DNA from: Burkholderiales bacterium
Lineage (GTDB): Bacteria; Pseudomonadota; Gammaproteobacteria; Burkholderiales; Eutrophovitaceae
DNA length: 27,978 bases
Assembly (NCBI GenBank): GCA_041637935.1
Contig: JBFKXV010000001.1
Location: 1 to 27,978, forward strand
Reading direction: 5' to 3'
Numbering within the stretch: position 1 is the first letter of the stretch; every line of letters starts with the position of its first letter. Of the stretch, positions 27,381 through 27,978 are shown one piece after another. A program made the translations under genes and the position numbers. A model generated the notes under the pieces. The model did no database searches, was not told where the DNA came from, and was given only the letters and a program-made list of their open reading frames with translations.

Positions 27381-27413
27381 AAAAAACAAGGGAGGGCGCC
27401 TCACGCCCCCCCT
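27381..27413 (-). terminator. Intrinsic terminator downstream of the PQQ dehydrogenase
   Basis: 10-bp GC-rich stem (one G-U on the minus strand) at 27389-27413 followed by TGTTTTTT. Confidence 0.75.
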
Positions 27414-27459
27414 CGTCATCACTGCATAGTGCGTCTACTTCTTGCGGTATTCCCGGTGA

Positions 27460-27978
27460 TCAATCAACCGTGAAGACCATCAGACCGCCACCCTTGGTGT
27501 GGGTCTTCAGGAAGTTCGAATAGTACAGCGGCCAGATACCGCCACCGCCAGCACCGTAGACGATCGCGACATATTGCTTGCCTTCGGCCGTGTAGGTCGT
27601 CGGGTTGCCGTGAATGCCGGAGCCGGTGTTGAACGACCACAGATGCTCGCCGGTTTCGTCGTTAACGGCGTTGAAGCGCCCGTCCGGATCGCCGTAGAAG
27701 GCAAGTCCGCCAGCCGTGGCCAGCAAGCCGCTGGTCGCCGGCCAGCTCTGCGACTTGGCCCAGACGCGTTTGCCGGTCGCGCCGTCGTAGGCCTGGATCT
27801 GGCCCGCGCCGGCGTTGAAGGTAATCACCTTGGCACCGAGATACCACTCACCACGCTTCCATTCCATCTTCTTGGCCTGGAGGTCCATGGTGAAGTCGTA
27901 AACCGGTACGTAGGTCATCTTGGTGCGGTGGCTGTAAGCCATCGGGTGCCACTCTTTACCACCGTCGAGCGACGGGGC
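27460..27978 (-). CDS. PQQ-dependent dehydrogenase, methanol/ethanol family, C-terminal part (runs off window)
   Basis: Open frame to window edge: APSLDGGKEWHPMAYS...AYDGATGKRVW, GLLATAGGLAFYG, AVNDETGEHLWSFNTGSG and GKQYVAI beta-propeller Trp-docking repeats. Confidence 0.9.
   Translation of the reverse strand, partial: APSLDGGKEWHPMAYSHRTKMTYVPVYDFTMDLQAKKMEWKRGEWYLGAKVITFNAGAGQIQAYDGATGKRVWAKSQSWPATSGLLATAGGLAFYGDPDGRFNAVNDETGEHLWSFNTGSGIHGNPTTYTAEGKQYVAIVYGAGGGGIWPLYYSNFLKTHTKGGGLMVFTVD

Overview
Betaproteobacterial-type chromosomal backbone: ghrA, panC-panB-deoxynucleoside kinase-folK-pcnB, HAD hydrolase, hda, purM-purN-DUF3108-RsmB-like, fatty-acid desaturase, rpmG-rpmB, radC, coaBC-dut. 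It carries three accessory blocks. (1) A Tat-exported BBE-type FAD oxidase bracketed by a ~420-bp diverged direct duplication made of the ghrA 3' end plus a structured ~220-bp repeat (three copies of the repeat in the first 2.8 kb). (2) A 5-gene cassette wedged between rpmB and radC: a signal-peptide-bearing metallo-beta-lactamase-fold lactonase plus a GldA/GldF/GldG-like ABC system and a DUF4340-like protein, two of them with His-rich loops. (3) The 3' end of a divergent PQQ-dependent dehydrogenase with an MxaJ/XoxJ-like binding protein and a cytochrome c. Several 15-16-bp tandem arrays sit at gene boundaries. Two of them generate chains of ATGA-coupled mini-ORFs that end TAA-NN-GTG in frame with the next gene. 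No tRNA, rRNA, CRISPR array, integrase or intact transposase was seen. All calls come from reading motifs by eye; no database searches were run.
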